Of a stretch of DNA of 61,240 nt, positions 1-9,408 are shown in pieces. Positions within the stretch are counted from its first letter, which is position 1. The number at the start of each line of letters is the position of its first letter. A program made the position numbers and the translations under genes. The notes beneath the pieces are model-generated. The model was not told the origin of the DNA. It saw nothing but the letters and a program-made list of their open reading frames with translations, and searched no databases. Source of the DNA: Thiocapsa sp. (GTDB lineage: Bacteria; Pseudomonadota; Gammaproteobacteria; Chromatiales; Chromatiaceae); NCBI RefSeq assembly GCF_035467215.1, contig NZ_DATITZ010000100.1:1-61240 (forward strand). Direction: 5' to 3'.

Positions 1-39
1 AAACGCGCGCCTAAGATCGATATATCAAAGCGTTGGGCC

Positions 40-115
40 GCCCCTTCAGGGCTTAGGATGGGGGTCGTGGTCCCGGGGCGTTGCCCCGGGCTCGCGTGGT
101 GAGCCCCGTTGGGGC
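40..115. repeat. REP-like cluster of three short palindromes
   Basis: GCCCCTTCAGGGC (40-52), CCCGGGGCGTTGCCCCGGG (72-90) and GCCCCGTTGGGGC (103-115), all intergenic. Confidence 0.55.
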
Positions 116-224
116 AGCCGGATACCAGCGGGTTCGATTCATGGCCATGGCAGGCTCCGTCCGATGCTGGATCAGGGAGCAGTCTGCGCATGTACACCAC
201 CGCGTTTAAAAGCCGGATTTGAGG

Positions 225-1463
225 TTACGCCTCCGGGCCGAGCGCCGCGGCGATCAGCTCGACGGGGTGCATGACCGCGATGTCCAGCCCGGCCTCGCGA
301 ACGCCTGCGGCCAGGTGCAGGGCGCATCCGGGATTGGTGGTGACGATCACCTCCGGGGTCTCCAGACGCACCGGGGCCAGCAGCTCGGCGAGAAGAGCCT
401 CGGCCATGACAGGGTGCCGGAGCAGGTAGGTTCCGGCGGCACCGCAGCAGCCTTGACCCGGCGGCAACGGCGCCACCGCGAGACCGGGGATGCGCCCGAG
501 CAGCCGATGGACGGCGGCATTGCCGCCGAGCTGGTTGCGATGCGAGCAGGGCTCGTGGATCAAGACGCGACGCCGATCGGGTCGGAGCCGCAGCGCTTTC
601 GGCCACTCGACCCCGTCCAGGAAGGCGCACAGCTCCAGGGTGTCGCGCAGCGCCGGATCCCCTCGAAGCTCGGCCACACAGGCGCTCGCCAGGCCGACGA
701 GCGTGCGCTCGCCGTGCACCCGCACGCAGGCATCGCGCTGTGCATCGGCCTGTGCGGGCAATCCGTTGTGTCTGAGCATGGCGCCGCAGCAGGTGTCGGG
801 CGAGACGATGCGAAAACCCAGATTCAGCCGGGACGCGACCTTCAGGGTTGCCGCGACGGCCCGTCCCTCCGCGGCGGAGCCCATGCAGCCGAGGAAGAGA
901 TCGACGTCCGCCCCTTCCGGGTTGCGCGGGGTGATCGGCCGGGCGACGGCCCCCATCGCGGTCGCCATTCGGTGGTAGGGACGCAGCGCGTGGATGCGGT
1001 CGAGTCCGAGCCGCTCCGCCAGTCGGGCCAGACCGAGGCGGCGGTACAGGCGCGGGACCCGGGCGAATCGGTTCATCAGCCATGCGCTCGACAAGGCGCC
1101 GAGAGCGATCCGCTTGAACGTCCGCCGCGGCGCCGGCAACGCGGCCGTGCGCAGCGCCTTCGCCTGATCGGCGATGCGCCCGTAGGCGACCTCCGAGGGG
1201 CAGGCGCGCTCGCAATTCAGGCAGCCGAGACAGCCGTCGAGATGACCGGCAAGGGTCGGCGTCATCGCCAAGTGGCCGTCCGCCCAGCCTTGGATCAGTG
1301 CGATCCGCCCGCGCGGCGAGTCCGCCTCTTGGCGTGCCAGTTGAAACGTCGGGCAGTGCGGCAGGCACAGCCCGCATTTAACGCACTGATCGGCAAGCTG
1401 CAGCAGTTCACGGATTGCGACGGCCTGCGAAAGGCTGCGTTGGGCTTCGGCCGAGGTCTTCAA
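225..1463 (-). CDS. GlcF-like Fe-S oxidoreductase subunit (two 4Fe-4S motifs plus CCG domains)
   Basis: CVKCGLCLPHC and CLGCLNCERAC ferredoxin motifs; CCGA and GCCGAAG cysteine-rich domains. Confidence 0.85.
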   Translation of the reverse strand: MKTSAEAQRSLSQAVAIRELLQLADQCVKCGLCLPHCPTFQLARQEADSPRGRIALIQGWADGHLAMTPTLAGHLDGCLGCLNCERACPSEVAYGRIADQAKALRTAALPAPRRTFKRIALGALSSAWLMNRFARVPRLYRRLGLARLAERLGLDRIHALRPYHRMATAMGAVARPITPRNPEGADVDLFLGCMGSAAEGRAVAATLKVASRLNLGFRIVSPDTCCGAMLRHNGLPAQADAQRDACVRVHGERTLVGLASACVAELRGDPALRDTLELCAFLDGVEWPKALRLRPDRRRVLIHEPCSHRNQLGGNAAVHRLLGRIPGLAVAPLPPGQGCCGAAGTYLLRHPVMAEALLAELLAPVRLETPEVIVTTNPGCALHLAAGVREAGLDIAVMHPVELIAAALGPEA

Positions 1464-1624
1464 TCGCGGGGGGTCGTCCAGTGGCTGGGTCGGTTCGTTC
1501 GGAGTGCGTCCATGCCGGCGAGCCTGTTGCCTAGGACGTGGGAACGTGGGTGGCGCTCGGTCGCTGCGGACCTTGATTATGTTACCCTCCTAGGGTCGCC
1601 TTGCGGGCAATTCAGGTCATTAAG

Positions 1625-1936
1625 ATGTCGTACTACCGCTACCATGTCTTCTTCTGCACCAACCAGCGTGAGGACGGCAGCCAATGCTGCAACCAGTGCG
1701 GGGCTGCTGCGATGCGGGATTTTCTCAAGCGTCGCACCAAGGAGCTGGGTCTGACGGGGCGTGGCGGGGTGCGCATCAATACCGCCGGTTGTCTCGACCG
1801 TTGCGCGGAAGGACCCGTGATCGTGGTCTATCCGGAGGACACCTGGTACACCTACGTCGACAGCGAGGATCTGGAGGAGATCCTGCAGGAGCATCTGATC
1901 GGCGGGCGGGTCGTGGATCGGCTGCGGTTACCCTAA
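1625..1936 (+). CDS. thioredoxin-like [2Fe-2S] ferredoxin
   Basis: HVFFCTN...C...GCLDRCAEGPVIVVYPE; start set at ATG 1625. Confidence 0.9.
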   Translation: MSYYRYHVFFCTNQREDGSQCCNQCGAAAMRDFLKRRTKELGLTGRGGVRINTAGCLDRCAEGPVIVVYPEDTWYTYVDSEDLEEILQEHLIGGRVVDRLRLP

Positions 1937-2018
1937 ACCGCGCTGGTTCCAACGCTCGTCAAATCTCCCGGGGCCGATCCCATCCGGAAACATCGCATAC
2001 CGCGCCGGGCGCGGTTTA
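1934..2018 (-). mobile_element. TAAACCGCG...CGCGGTTTA MITE-like element, type A
   Basis: 85 bp with perfect terminal inverted repeats; close reverse complement of 11951-12035; contains the ferredoxin stop codon. Confidence 0.85.
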
Positions 2019-2053
2019 AGGTTACCGGCCTGAATCGCGGCTTAAATTTCGGG

Positions 2054-2082
2054 TTGCGTGCGACGATTTCGTCACGTAGACT
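2054..2082 (+). promoter_or_regulatory. sigma70 promoter of rplM-rpsI
   Basis: TTGCGT-17 bp-TAGACT upstream of rplM. Confidence 0.55.
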
Positions 2083-2217
2083 TCGCGGTCTTTCTCGACA
2101 CAGAAAACGAAATCGACGGCCCGCGCGCGACTCGTCACTCGACCCGTACCGGCTTAATGCCGCAACAATCGGTTCGATGTCGGGACAACGCGAGCACGGC
2201 ATCCCGGAGCGAAGGAC

Positions 2218-2655
2218 ATGACGACGACAGTGAGTGCAAAACCGGCGGAAGTCCGCCGTGCCTGGTATCTGGTCGATGCCGACGGCAAGACCCTCGGGCG
2301 GCTCGCGAGCGAGTTGGCCCTTCGCCTGCGTGGCAAGCACAAGCCGCAGTACACCCCCCATGTCGACACCGGCGACTATATGGTCGTCATCAATGCCGAG
2401 AAGGTGCGGGTAACCGGGAACAAGCGCGAAGACAAGATGTACTATCGCCACACCGGCTACGTCGGCAATCTCAAGTCGACGAATCTCGCCAAGCTGCTCG
2501 ACTCCAAACCCGAGCGCGCCATCGAGATCGCCGTGAAGGGGATGCTGCCGCGCGGACCGCTCGGACGGGCTATGTTCAGGAAGCTGCGTGTCTACGCCGG
2601 ACCGGAGCACGGTCATCAGGCGCAACAGCCGCAAGTCCTTGAGCTCAACGTTTAG
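2218..2655 (+). CDS. rplM: 50S ribosomal protein L13
   Basis: [31 protein letters not shown]. Confidence 0.98.
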   Translation: MTTTVSAKPAEVRRAWYLVDADGKTLGRLASELALRLRGKHKPQYTPHVDTGDYMVVINAEKVRVTGNKREDKMYYRHTGYVGNLKSTNLAKLLDSKPERAIEIAVKGMLPRGPLGRAMFRKLRVYAGPEHGHQAQQPQVLELNV

Positions 2656-2666
2656 GAATCAGACGC

Positions 2667-3056
2667 ATGTCCGAGAGACAACACGCCATCGGTCGACGCA
2701 AGACCTCCGCCGCCCGGGTCTTCCTGACCCTCGGGTCCGGCAACATCACGGTCAACGATCGCCCGCTTGATCAATTCTTCGGCCGCGAGACGGCTCGGAT
2801 GGTCGTGCGTCAGCCGCTCGAGACCGCCGGGTTGCTCGATCGCGTCGACATCAAAGCGACCGTTGCCGGCGGCGGCAACACGGGGCAGGCCGGCGCAATT
2901 CGCCATGGCATCGCCCGGGCGCTGGTGCTGTTCGACGAGAACCTCCGTTCGCCGATGCGACGCGCTGGTTTCCTGACCCGCGACGCCCGCGAGGTCGAGC
3001 GTAAGAAGGTTGGTCTCCACAAGGCCCGCAAGCGTCCTCAGTTCTCGAAGCGTTAA
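2667..3056 (+). CDS. rpsI: 30S ribosomal protein S9
   Basis: GRRKTS...[14 protein letters not shown]...[19 protein letters not shown]. Confidence 0.98.
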   Translation: MSERQHAIGRRKTSAARVFLTLGSGNITVNDRPLDQFFGRETARMVVRQPLETAGLLDRVDIKATVAGGGNTGQAGAIRHGIARALVLFDENLRSPMRRAGFLTRDAREVERKKVGLHKARKRPQFSKR

Positions 3057-3216
3057 CAGCTCGACCGCGACACCTCGACTGCGGAGCGATCGCTCCCGAT
3101 TGCAGGCTCGGCACTCCCGAGTCCACTTTCGCGGGTACTGCAATCGGAGCGCGCTCTCGTCGCGGCCTGGTCGCCCGGCATCATCCCTCCTCGATGCCGG
3201 CAGCACGATCCAAATT

Positions 3217-3290
3217 TGGGGGATCGTCTAGTGGTAGGACAGCGGACTCTGACTCCGTCAACCTAGGTTCGAATCCTAGTCCCCCAGCCA
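3217..3290 (+). tRNA. tRNA-Gln(CTG)
   Basis: acceptor TGGGGGA/TCCCCCA, anticodon arm GCGGA-CTCTGAC-TCCGT, GGTTCGAATCC T-loop, encoded CCA. Confidence 0.97.
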
Positions 3291-3700
3291 CATCCTGAGC
3301 GAATTCGTCTTTCAGCCGGCATCCGTCTCCTGCGCTGCCGGTCCGTTCCCGTCTAACCTCGTCTAACCTGGCGCTGTACACCCTGCGCGACACCCTGCCG
3401 ATGTGGCATCGACGTCAGCCCCGCCTTTTCGGCGAGGCGTCCCCGGCGGTCTCGGCGAGAATCGGGTGTGGTGCTTTTTCGGTTCGTTTTCCGCCGCCTG
3501 ATACATCGGTTTGTCTCGCCGTGCTCGAGGTCGGCGGTCGAGCGGAATCGCTTGTTCAGTCTGGTGTCTTCGCCCGTAAAGCAGGCATCTTCGCTGGCCT
3601 GTCCCGCCTTCGGGTCTCAAGGGGCGGGCGCCTGTTTCGGCTTGCTCCGATGCTAAAAAGCAACACATCGTGGGTGTGTGTCTTTTTTTGCCCCACTCTG

Positions 3701-3729
3701 TTGCAAAACACTCCGCCTTCCACTATAGT
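3701..3729 (+). promoter_or_regulatory. sigma70 promoter of porin gene
   Basis: TTGCAA-17 bp-TATAGT about 70 nt upstream of the porin ATG. Confidence 0.6.
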
Positions 3730-3799
3730 TCAGTACGCAAAGCATGATTGCGTTGGTTTCTGCAGTCTACCTGACAAATTCACAACAGCGGAGAAGAGT

Positions 3800-5164
3800 A
3801 TGAACAAGAAGATCCTGAGCCTCGCGGTCGCTGCCGCGCTGGTCGCCCCGGGCGCCGCGATGGCCGAAGCTATCCTGTACGGCAAGCTGAACGTTTCCCT
3901 CGACTATGCGAACGTCAAGAACGTCGTCCTTCCGGAATACGGTTTCGCGACGGATGCCAACGGCGACGTCATTCTCGACACCAACGGTAACCCGACCCTG
4001 GTGCGGACTGAACCCGGCGTGGACTTCGACGGATGGGGAATGTCCAGCAACGGCTACATCCCCGGTGAGGGCCGTGCAAGCCGAATCGGCGTCAAGGGTT
4101 CCGAGGATCTGGGCAACGGTCTCAAGGCGATCTATCAGGTCGAGCTCGGCATCAACCTGAACGACACCAACAACAACGTCCTGAGCAACAGCGACTCGAT
4201 CACCTATCGGAATACGTTCGTCGGTCTCGCCGGCGACTGGGGCACCGCCCTGCTCGGCCGTCACGACACCCCGATGAAGATCTCGACCGGCAAGCTCGAC
4301 CTCTTCTCCGACACCATGGGTGACTACAACGGCACGGTCGGTTTCCGCGATCTGCGTGCAGACAACGTCGTTGCCTATATCAGCCCGAGCCTGGCTGGCT
4401 TCCAGTTGATGGGTGCCATCATTCCGGCCGGCGGCGCGACGGGCGGTGGACAGGGGCTGAACCTCAACGAAGACAGCCTTGCGGGTGCCTACTCCCTCGC
4501 GGGTATCTACAGCAACGGTCCTTTCTACGGGTCCGTCGCCTACGAGTCGCTCGGCAATCAGCATTTCAATACCCAGGTCGCCAGCCTCGCCGGCAACAAC
4601 TGCCCGGTCGAGACACCTAATGTCGCTAACCGCGACCCGAGCGATCCCTTTACCTCGACCTGTGCCTACACGGATGACGATTCCACGGCTTGGCGGCTTG
4701 GTCTTGGCCTGCTCGATTGGAACGGCTTTAGCCTGACCGGTATCTACGAGAAGCGCGACAACGAGTTCCCGAGCGGCCGGTATGCGGCGTTCACCAACCC
4801 GGCCGACGGGAGCTTCAATACCTTCTTCCCGGGTGGTCCCGACGAGGTCGAGCTCTGGCAGATCCAGGCGGGCTATGCCTTCGGCAACAGCATGGTCAAG
4901 GCGATGTATGGTCAGGCTGACTACAGCAGCGACTACGAGTTTGGACCCAGTGCCGTTGCTGCGGCCGGTGGCGATCTCGCAGGAAAGATCGCGAGCGACT
5001 TGTACAGCAACCAGATCGAGACCTGGAGCATCGGCTTCGATCACAACCTGAGCAAGCGTACCAAGGCCTACGCGCTGTACACCGCCGTGGATGCCGACTC
5101 CAAGGACACCATCTCCGCTACGCAATGGGACGGCTTCTCGGTCGGCATGATGCACAGCTTCTAA
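3800..5164 (+). CDS. Gram-negative trimeric porin
   Basis: signal peptide MNKKILSLAVAAAL, SRIGVKGSEDLGNGLKAIYQVE, C-terminal GMMHSF. Confidence 0.93.
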   Translation: MNKKILSLAVAAALVAPGAAMAEAILYGKLNVSLDYANVKNVVLPEYGFATDANGDVILDTNGNPTLVRTEPGVDFDGWGMSSNGYIPGEGRASRIGVKGSEDLGNGLKAIYQVELGINLNDTNNNVLSNSDSITYRNTFVGLAGDWGTALLGRHDTPMKISTGKLDLFSDTMGDYNGTVGFRDLRADNVVAYISPSLAGFQLMGAIIPAGGATGGGQGLNLNEDSLAGAYSLAGIYSNGPFYGSVAYESLGNQHFNTQVASLAGNNCPVETPNVANRDPSDPFTSTCAYTDDDSTAWRLGLGLLDWNGFSLTGIYEKRDNEFPSGRYAAFTNPADGSFNTFFPGGPDEVELWQIQAGYAFGNSMVKAMYGQADYSSDYEFGPSAVAAAGGDLAGKIASDLYSNQIETWSIGFDHNLSKRTKAYALYTAVDADSKDTISATQWDGFSVGMMHSF

Positions 5165-5194
5165 GCCAAGCTTAGATCCGGCATGGAACGCATG

Positions 5195-5219
5195 ACGGGG
5201 CCTTCGGGCCCCGTTTTTT
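5195..5219 (+). terminator. rho-independent terminator
   Basis: ACGGGGCC-TTCG-GGCCCCGT followed by a T run. Confidence 0.9.
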
Positions 5220-5225
5220 GTTGCT

Positions 5226-5309
5226 TAAACCGCGTCCGGAGCGGCATGCGTCGTTTTCATCGTGCGTCTGGCTTCGGAGATATCCTCGATCTCAGTGACA
5301 CGCGGTTTA
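5226..5309 (+). mobile_element. TAAACCGCG element, diverged type A
   Basis: 84 bp, perfect ends, interior begins TCCGGAGCGGCATG. Confidence 0.8.
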
Positions 5310-5414
5310 GAATTTAATATTTTTTAGGCCGACTTCAGATTTCGTTGGCGCGCCATCGCGGTCGCCTCTCCTCTTGTTGACTCCGAGATACGCCCCCCGG
5401 CGTGATTCCTCGAT

Positions 5415-5498
5415 GAAACCGCGTTCAGGGCAAGATCCTGAGCTCCGGGCGGGTTCAGCGTTGAATGCACCGCCGAAACTCGTCACAAGCGCGATTTA
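5415..5498. mobile_element. TAAACCGCG element, degenerate ends
   Basis: GAAACCGCG...CGCGATTTA, 84 bp, 22 bp upstream of the next unit. Confidence 0.6.
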
Positions 5499-5520
5499 AA
5501 GTTCCTATTTCTCAACATCC

Positions 5521-5605
5521 TAAACCGCGTCAGCTCAGACGCTCAAGGATCCGACCGAGGCCGGCCCAATCCAAAAACTCTTCATGCCGCTCCGGACGCG
5601 GTCTA
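5521..5605 (-). mobile_element. TAAACCGCG element, diverged type A
   Basis: TAAACCGCG...CGCGGTCTA, 85 bp; contains the rpiA TAG stop. Confidence 0.8.
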
Positions 5606-6262
5606 GGCCCGCAACGTCTTGGGCCCATCCGGGGTTCCCAGGATCAACACATCCGCCGGGCGCAGCGCAAAAATGCCGACGGTGACCACGCCCGCGATAT
5701 TGTTGATCTGTTGCTCCAGCTTGGCGGGCTCCATGATCTCCAGATGCTGCACGTCGAGGATCAGGTTGCCGTTGTCGGTCACGAATCCGTCACGCCAGAC
5801 CGGGGTGCCGCCCAATTGGACCAGCTCGCGCGCGACATAGCTGCGCGCCATCGGAATCACCTCGACAGGCAGCGGGAAGGCGCCCAAGACCCTCACCAGC
5901 TTGCTCTCGTCGGCGATGCAGACGAACTGCCGGCTTGCCGCCGCGACGATCTTCTCCCGAGTGAGCGCACCGCCGCCGCCCTTGATCAACTGGAGCTGCG
6001 CGTTGGACTCGTCGGCGCCATCCACGTAGAGCGAAAGCTCGCCGACGGCATTGAGGTCGTAGACCGGGATCCCGTGCGCCTTGAGTCGCTCGGTCGAGGC
6101 GACCGAGCTGGATACCGCGCCCTCGATCCGTCCCTTGATGCCGGCGAGCGCATCGATGAAATGATTCACGGTCGAGCCCGTGCCGACCCCGATGATGCCC
6201 TCCTCGACATACGCAAGCGCCGCCTCGGCGGCCTGTTTTTTCATGGCGTCTTGTGTGTTCAT
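5603..6262 (-). CDS. rpiA: ribose-5-phosphate isomerase A
   Basis: [24 protein letters not shown]. Confidence 0.97.
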   Translation of the reverse strand: MNTQDAMKKQAAEAALAYVEEGIIGVGTGSTVNHFIDALAGIKGRIEGAVSSSVASTERLKAHGIPVYDLNAVGELSLYVDGADESNAQLQLIKGGGGALTREKIVAAASRQFVCIADESKLVRVLGAFPLPVEVIPMARSYVARELVQLGGTPVWRDGFVTDNGNLILDVQHLEIMEPAKLEQQINNIAGVVTVGIFALRPADVLILGTPDGPKTLRA

Positions 6263-6296
6263 GTGTCCTCCGGTGTGTTGGTCGAGTGTGAGGCGT

Positions 6297-6487
6297 TAAA
6301 CCGCGCTCGGAGCGATATGCGATGTTCTTGGATGGGATCGGCCCCGGCAGACTTGACGACCGCCGGAGTCTGCGCGGTTTAAGATATTAAAAAATAGATC
6401 ATTTTAAACCGCGTCCCCGCTAAGGGCCGTGGATGCATCAATCGTCGAACTCACTGGAAATGAGCATCTCCCTCTGGACGCGGTTTA
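6297..6487 (+). mobile_element. composite: type A unit (6297-6381), 23 bp AT spacer, type B unit (6405-6487)
   Basis: four copies of the 9-bp end motif; same architecture as 11951-12142 and 36947-37134. Confidence 0.85.
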
Positions 6488-6717
6488 GCTTCTTGCCGCC
6501 AGCTCAGCGCCAACGATTGATTGTGCCCCGCGCGGATCGGCCCAACCTGCTCTTTTCTAGGTCCGGCGGTATCATACCAGAGCCCAGAAACCCCACGGAT
6601 CCGTCCGGAGTCACACCGTGCCGAGAGTGAGATGCTTCGTTTCGAGTGCGTCCAATGCCAAATGTCCGTCCGGCACTCGGCGAAGAGACGGCTTCAGAGC
6701 CCGTATTCTTGACACTC

Positions 6718-6802
6718 TAAACCGCGTCAGCTCCGACGCTTCTTCATTCAGTCGACACGGATCCAATCCAAGAACAATGCATATCACACCGGACGCGGTT
6801 TA
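6718..6802 (-). mobile_element. TAAACCGCG element, diverged type A
   Basis: 85 bp, perfect ends; ends 1 nt before the ilvA ATG. Confidence 0.85.
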
Positions 6803-6803
6803 G

Positions 6804-8336
6804 ATGCCCGACGCCTATATCGAACGGATCCTGCGTGCTCGCGTCTACGACGTGGCGCAAGAAACTCCGCTGACCCATGCGCCGCAGCTCTCCTCGCGGC
6901 TTGAGAACGCGGTCTTTCTCAAGCGCGAGGACTTGCAGCCGGTGTTCTCGTTCAAGCTGCGCGGAGCCTACAACAAGCTGATCCATCTGGATCCGGAGGT
7001 GCGTGCGCGCGGCGTGATCGCGGCCAGCGCGGGAAATCATGCACAGGGCGTTGCGCTCGGTGCCGCCAAGCTCGGGGTGCCGGCGATCATCGTCATGCCG
7101 CGGACCACGCCTGCGATCAAGGTGCGGGCGGTGCGTCGTCTCGGTGGTAAGGCCGTCCTGCATGGCGACTCCTACGACGAGGCCTTCGCCCATGCGATGA
7201 CCTTGGTCGCGGAGAAAGGGCTGACCTTTCTACACCCCTTCGATGACCCCGACGTGATCGCCGGTCAAGGGACGATCGGGATGGAGATCCTGCGGCAGCA
7301 TCCGGTCCCGCCCTATGCGATCTTCGTCCCGGTGGGCGGCGGCGGATTGATCGCCGGTGTTGCGGCCTACGTCAAATGGTTGATGCCGGAGGTGCGCATC
7401 ATCGGTGTGGAGCCACAGGATGCGCCCACGTTGCATGCAGCGCTGGCCGCGGGACGTCGCGTCGAGTTGGCGCAGGTCGGACTCTTCGCCGACGGTGTGG
7501 CCGTGAAGTTGATCGGCGAGGAGACCTTTCGTATTGCCCGAGAGCGTGTCGACGAGGTCGTTCTCGTGAGCACCGACGAGATCTGCGCCGCGGTCAAAGA
7601 CATCTTCGACGACACCCGCGGGATCGCCGAGCCGGCCGGCGCGCTCGCGGTCGCCGGCATGAAGCGCTATGTCGAGACGCACAAGATCAAGGGCGAACAT
7701 CTGATCGCAATCGAGAGCGGCGCCAACGTGAACTTCGATCGGCTGCGCCATATCGCCGAGCGCGCCGAGCTCGGCGAGCGGCGCGAGGCCTTGCTTGCGG
7801 TCGAGATCCCGGAGCGCCCGGGTAGCTTTCTGGCCTTCTGCCGCGTGATCGGACGGCGTCAGATTACCGAGTTCAACTATCGCTACTCGGATGCGTCACG
7901 CGCGCAGGTCTTCGTCGGCGTGGAGCTGGCGCGCGGGGACGAAGAGCGCGCGGAGCTGATCGGCCGCCTTGTGGAAAAAGGCTTCGGCGTGCTCGACATG
8001 ACCGAGAACGAGACGGCAAAGCTGCATATCCGCTACATGGTGGGCGGGCATGCCGAAGGGATCGAGCGCGAGACGCTGGTGCGCTTCGAGTTCCCCGAGC
8101 GCCCGGGCGCGCTGCTGGATTTTCTCTCGGCCCTGGGGAAGCGTTGGAACATCACCCTGTTTCATTACCGCAACCACGGCGCGGCCTACGGTCGGGTCCT
8201 GATGGGCGCCCAGATTCCGCCGGACGAAGCGGATGCCTTTCGTGAGGCGCTCGATACCTTGGGTTATCAGTACTGGGAAGAGACCGAAAATCCGGCGTAT
8301 CGGCTCTTTGCCGGATCTAAACCGCGCTCCGGGTGA
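6804..8336 (+). CDS. ilvA: threonine ammonia-lyase, biosynthetic
   Basis: FSFKLRGA PLP lysine, SAGNHAQG, C-terminal regulatory repeats (PERPG). Confidence 0.97.
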   Translation: MPDAYIERILRARVYDVAQETPLTHAPQLSSRLENAVFLKREDLQPVFSFKLRGAYNKLIHLDPEVRARGVIAASAGNHAQGVALGAAKLGVPAIIVMPRTTPAIKVRAVRRLGGKAVLHGDSYDEAFAHAMTLVAEKGLTFLHPFDDPDVIAGQGTIGMEILRQHPVPPYAIFVPVGGGGLIAGVAAYVKWLMPEVRIIGVEPQDAPTLHAALAAGRRVELAQVGLFADGVAVKLIGEETFRIARERVDEVVLVSTDEICAAVKDIFDDTRGIAEPAGALAVAGMKRYVETHKIKGEHLIAIESGANVNFDRLRHIAERAELGERREALLAVEIPERPGSFLAFCRVIGRRQITEFNYRYSDASRAQVFVGVELARGDEERAELIGRLVEKGFGVLDMTENETAKLHIRYMVGGHAEGIERETLVRFEFPERPGALLDFLSALGKRWNITLFHYRNHGAAYGRVLMGAQIPPDEADAFREALDTLGYQYWEETENPAYRLFAGSKPRSG

Positions 8337-8402
8337 TTTGCGGGGGTGCCGCGGGGTTTGCTGTATCGTCGCGAACAAACGGCCTCGGCGGGGCGCGGTT
8401 TA
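8318..8402. mobile_element. TAAACCGCG element overlapping the ilvA 3' end
   Basis: 85 bp, perfect ends, diverged interior. Confidence 0.8.
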
Positions 8403-8453
8403 GATGATCAAAACGAAAAGGCGATTTCCGGGAACAAACTGCCTGCAAGGCAT

Positions 8454-8476
8454 GTAGGGGCGACTTCAGTCGCCCC
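8454..8476 (+). repeat. GTAG-type REP-like palindrome
   Basis: GTA-GGGGCGAC-TTCA-GTCGCCCC. Confidence 0.55.
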
Positions 8477-8574
8477 GATCATGGTGGTCGACGCTTTCCG
8501 GTAAACCACCCGTAGAGAGCGTGTTCCGCAAGGCGATCAGGCTCAAGAGCAGGGCGAACGGTCCCGAAGCCAGG

Positions 8575-9189
8575 TTATCGGTCGGGACGCGATCTGAGGT
8601 AGATTCGGCGCTCGGTTACCACGGCGTCGAGCGGGATATCCCAGGAGCGAGGCTCGATCTTTTCGATCCGCTGGCACTCGTGCGCGACGCCGATCAGTCG
8701 GGGTCGCCGCCAGTATCGGCGAGCCTTCAGATAGGCCAGGGTGCGATCGTAGTAGCCGCCGCCCATGCCGATGCGATTGCAGGCGCTGTCGAACCCCACA
8801 AGCGGGACCAGGATCAGGTCGAGATGGCGAGCGGGGCGGATGTGCCGGCCGCGCCGCGTGGGCTCGGGGATGCCGAAGCGATTGGGGCGCATCGTCTCGC
8901 CGGCGATCCAGCGCACGAAGCGGAGTTTGACCCGTGCTCGGCCCTCGATGCGTCTGCCCAAGACCGGGAGATAGACTGCTTTTCCGTCCTCCAGCGCTTC
9001 TTTTAGAACAGGACGTGGGTCGAGCTCGCCATCGGCCGGCCAATAGGCGGCAATCCGGCGGGCGCGCCGAAAGCGTATCTCGCGACGAAGCAGTCGAGCG
9101 ACGAGACGCGAATGGTTGCGTTGCGACCGGCTGCTCAAGGCTCGGCGGCTTGCGCGCAGTGCTCGGCGGAGGAGTTTCGGATGAGGCAT
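8575..9189 (-). CDS. ygfA: 5-formyltetrahydrofolate cyclo-ligase (YgfA)
   Basis: DLILVPLVGFD...RIGMGGGYYDR; lies downstream of 6S RNA. Confidence 0.93.
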   Translation of the reverse strand: MPHPKLLRRALRASRRALSSRSQRNHSRLVARLLRREIRFRRARRIAAYWPADGELDPRPVLKEALEDGKAVYLPVLGRRIEGRARVKLRFVRWIAGETMRPNRFGIPEPTRRGRHIRPARHLDLILVPLVGFDSACNRIGMGGGYYDRTLAYLKARRYWRRPRLIGVAHECQRIEKIEPRSWDIPLDAVVTERRIYLRSRPDR

Positions 9190-9207
9190 TGCGGGAGGGA
9201 AAAAGGG

Positions 9208-9396
9208 GACACCCCCCGCCTGTGCCGTTGCAGACCTTTGTTCTTGAACCAAGAGGTTCAAGTGGGAACACTTGGTTCGGCTTCAGGCTTCCCGCTCGAA
9301 GGCGGACTTGCACAACAGCCTCACTTCTATGTCCCCAGGGCAGCGATTAGGCTCAAGAAAATACCCAGGCCACGATCGGACACTGCAGGGGGTGTC
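9208..9396 (-). ncRNA. ssrS: 6S RNA
   Basis: about 190 nt between zapA and ygfA (conserved synteny); closing stem GACACCCCC/GGGGGTGTC; CTTGAACC-TCTT-GGTTCAAG 3' motif. Confidence 0.9.
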
Positions 9397-9408
9397 TTGA
9401 GAAGAAGG

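Noticed and set aside
3350..3397. Short direct repeats (CGTCTAACCT x2, ACACCCTGC x2) after tRNA-Gln as an integration scar
   Set aside because: No duplicated tRNA 3' end, integrase or cargo seen; probably local slippage.
3401..3799. Long N-terminal extensions in the ORF track (porin, zapA, moaC, engB, ptsI, HPr, EIIA, rho, trxA, yrfG, mlaB)
   Set aside because: Artefacts of first-start calling; family N-termini and RBS positions indicate downstream starts.
6296..6382. Type A elements read as a short peptide (LNRAR..MRC..MGSAP.DLT....AV*)
   Set aside because: No RBS, and the similarity follows from DNA repeat identity; diverged copies lose it.
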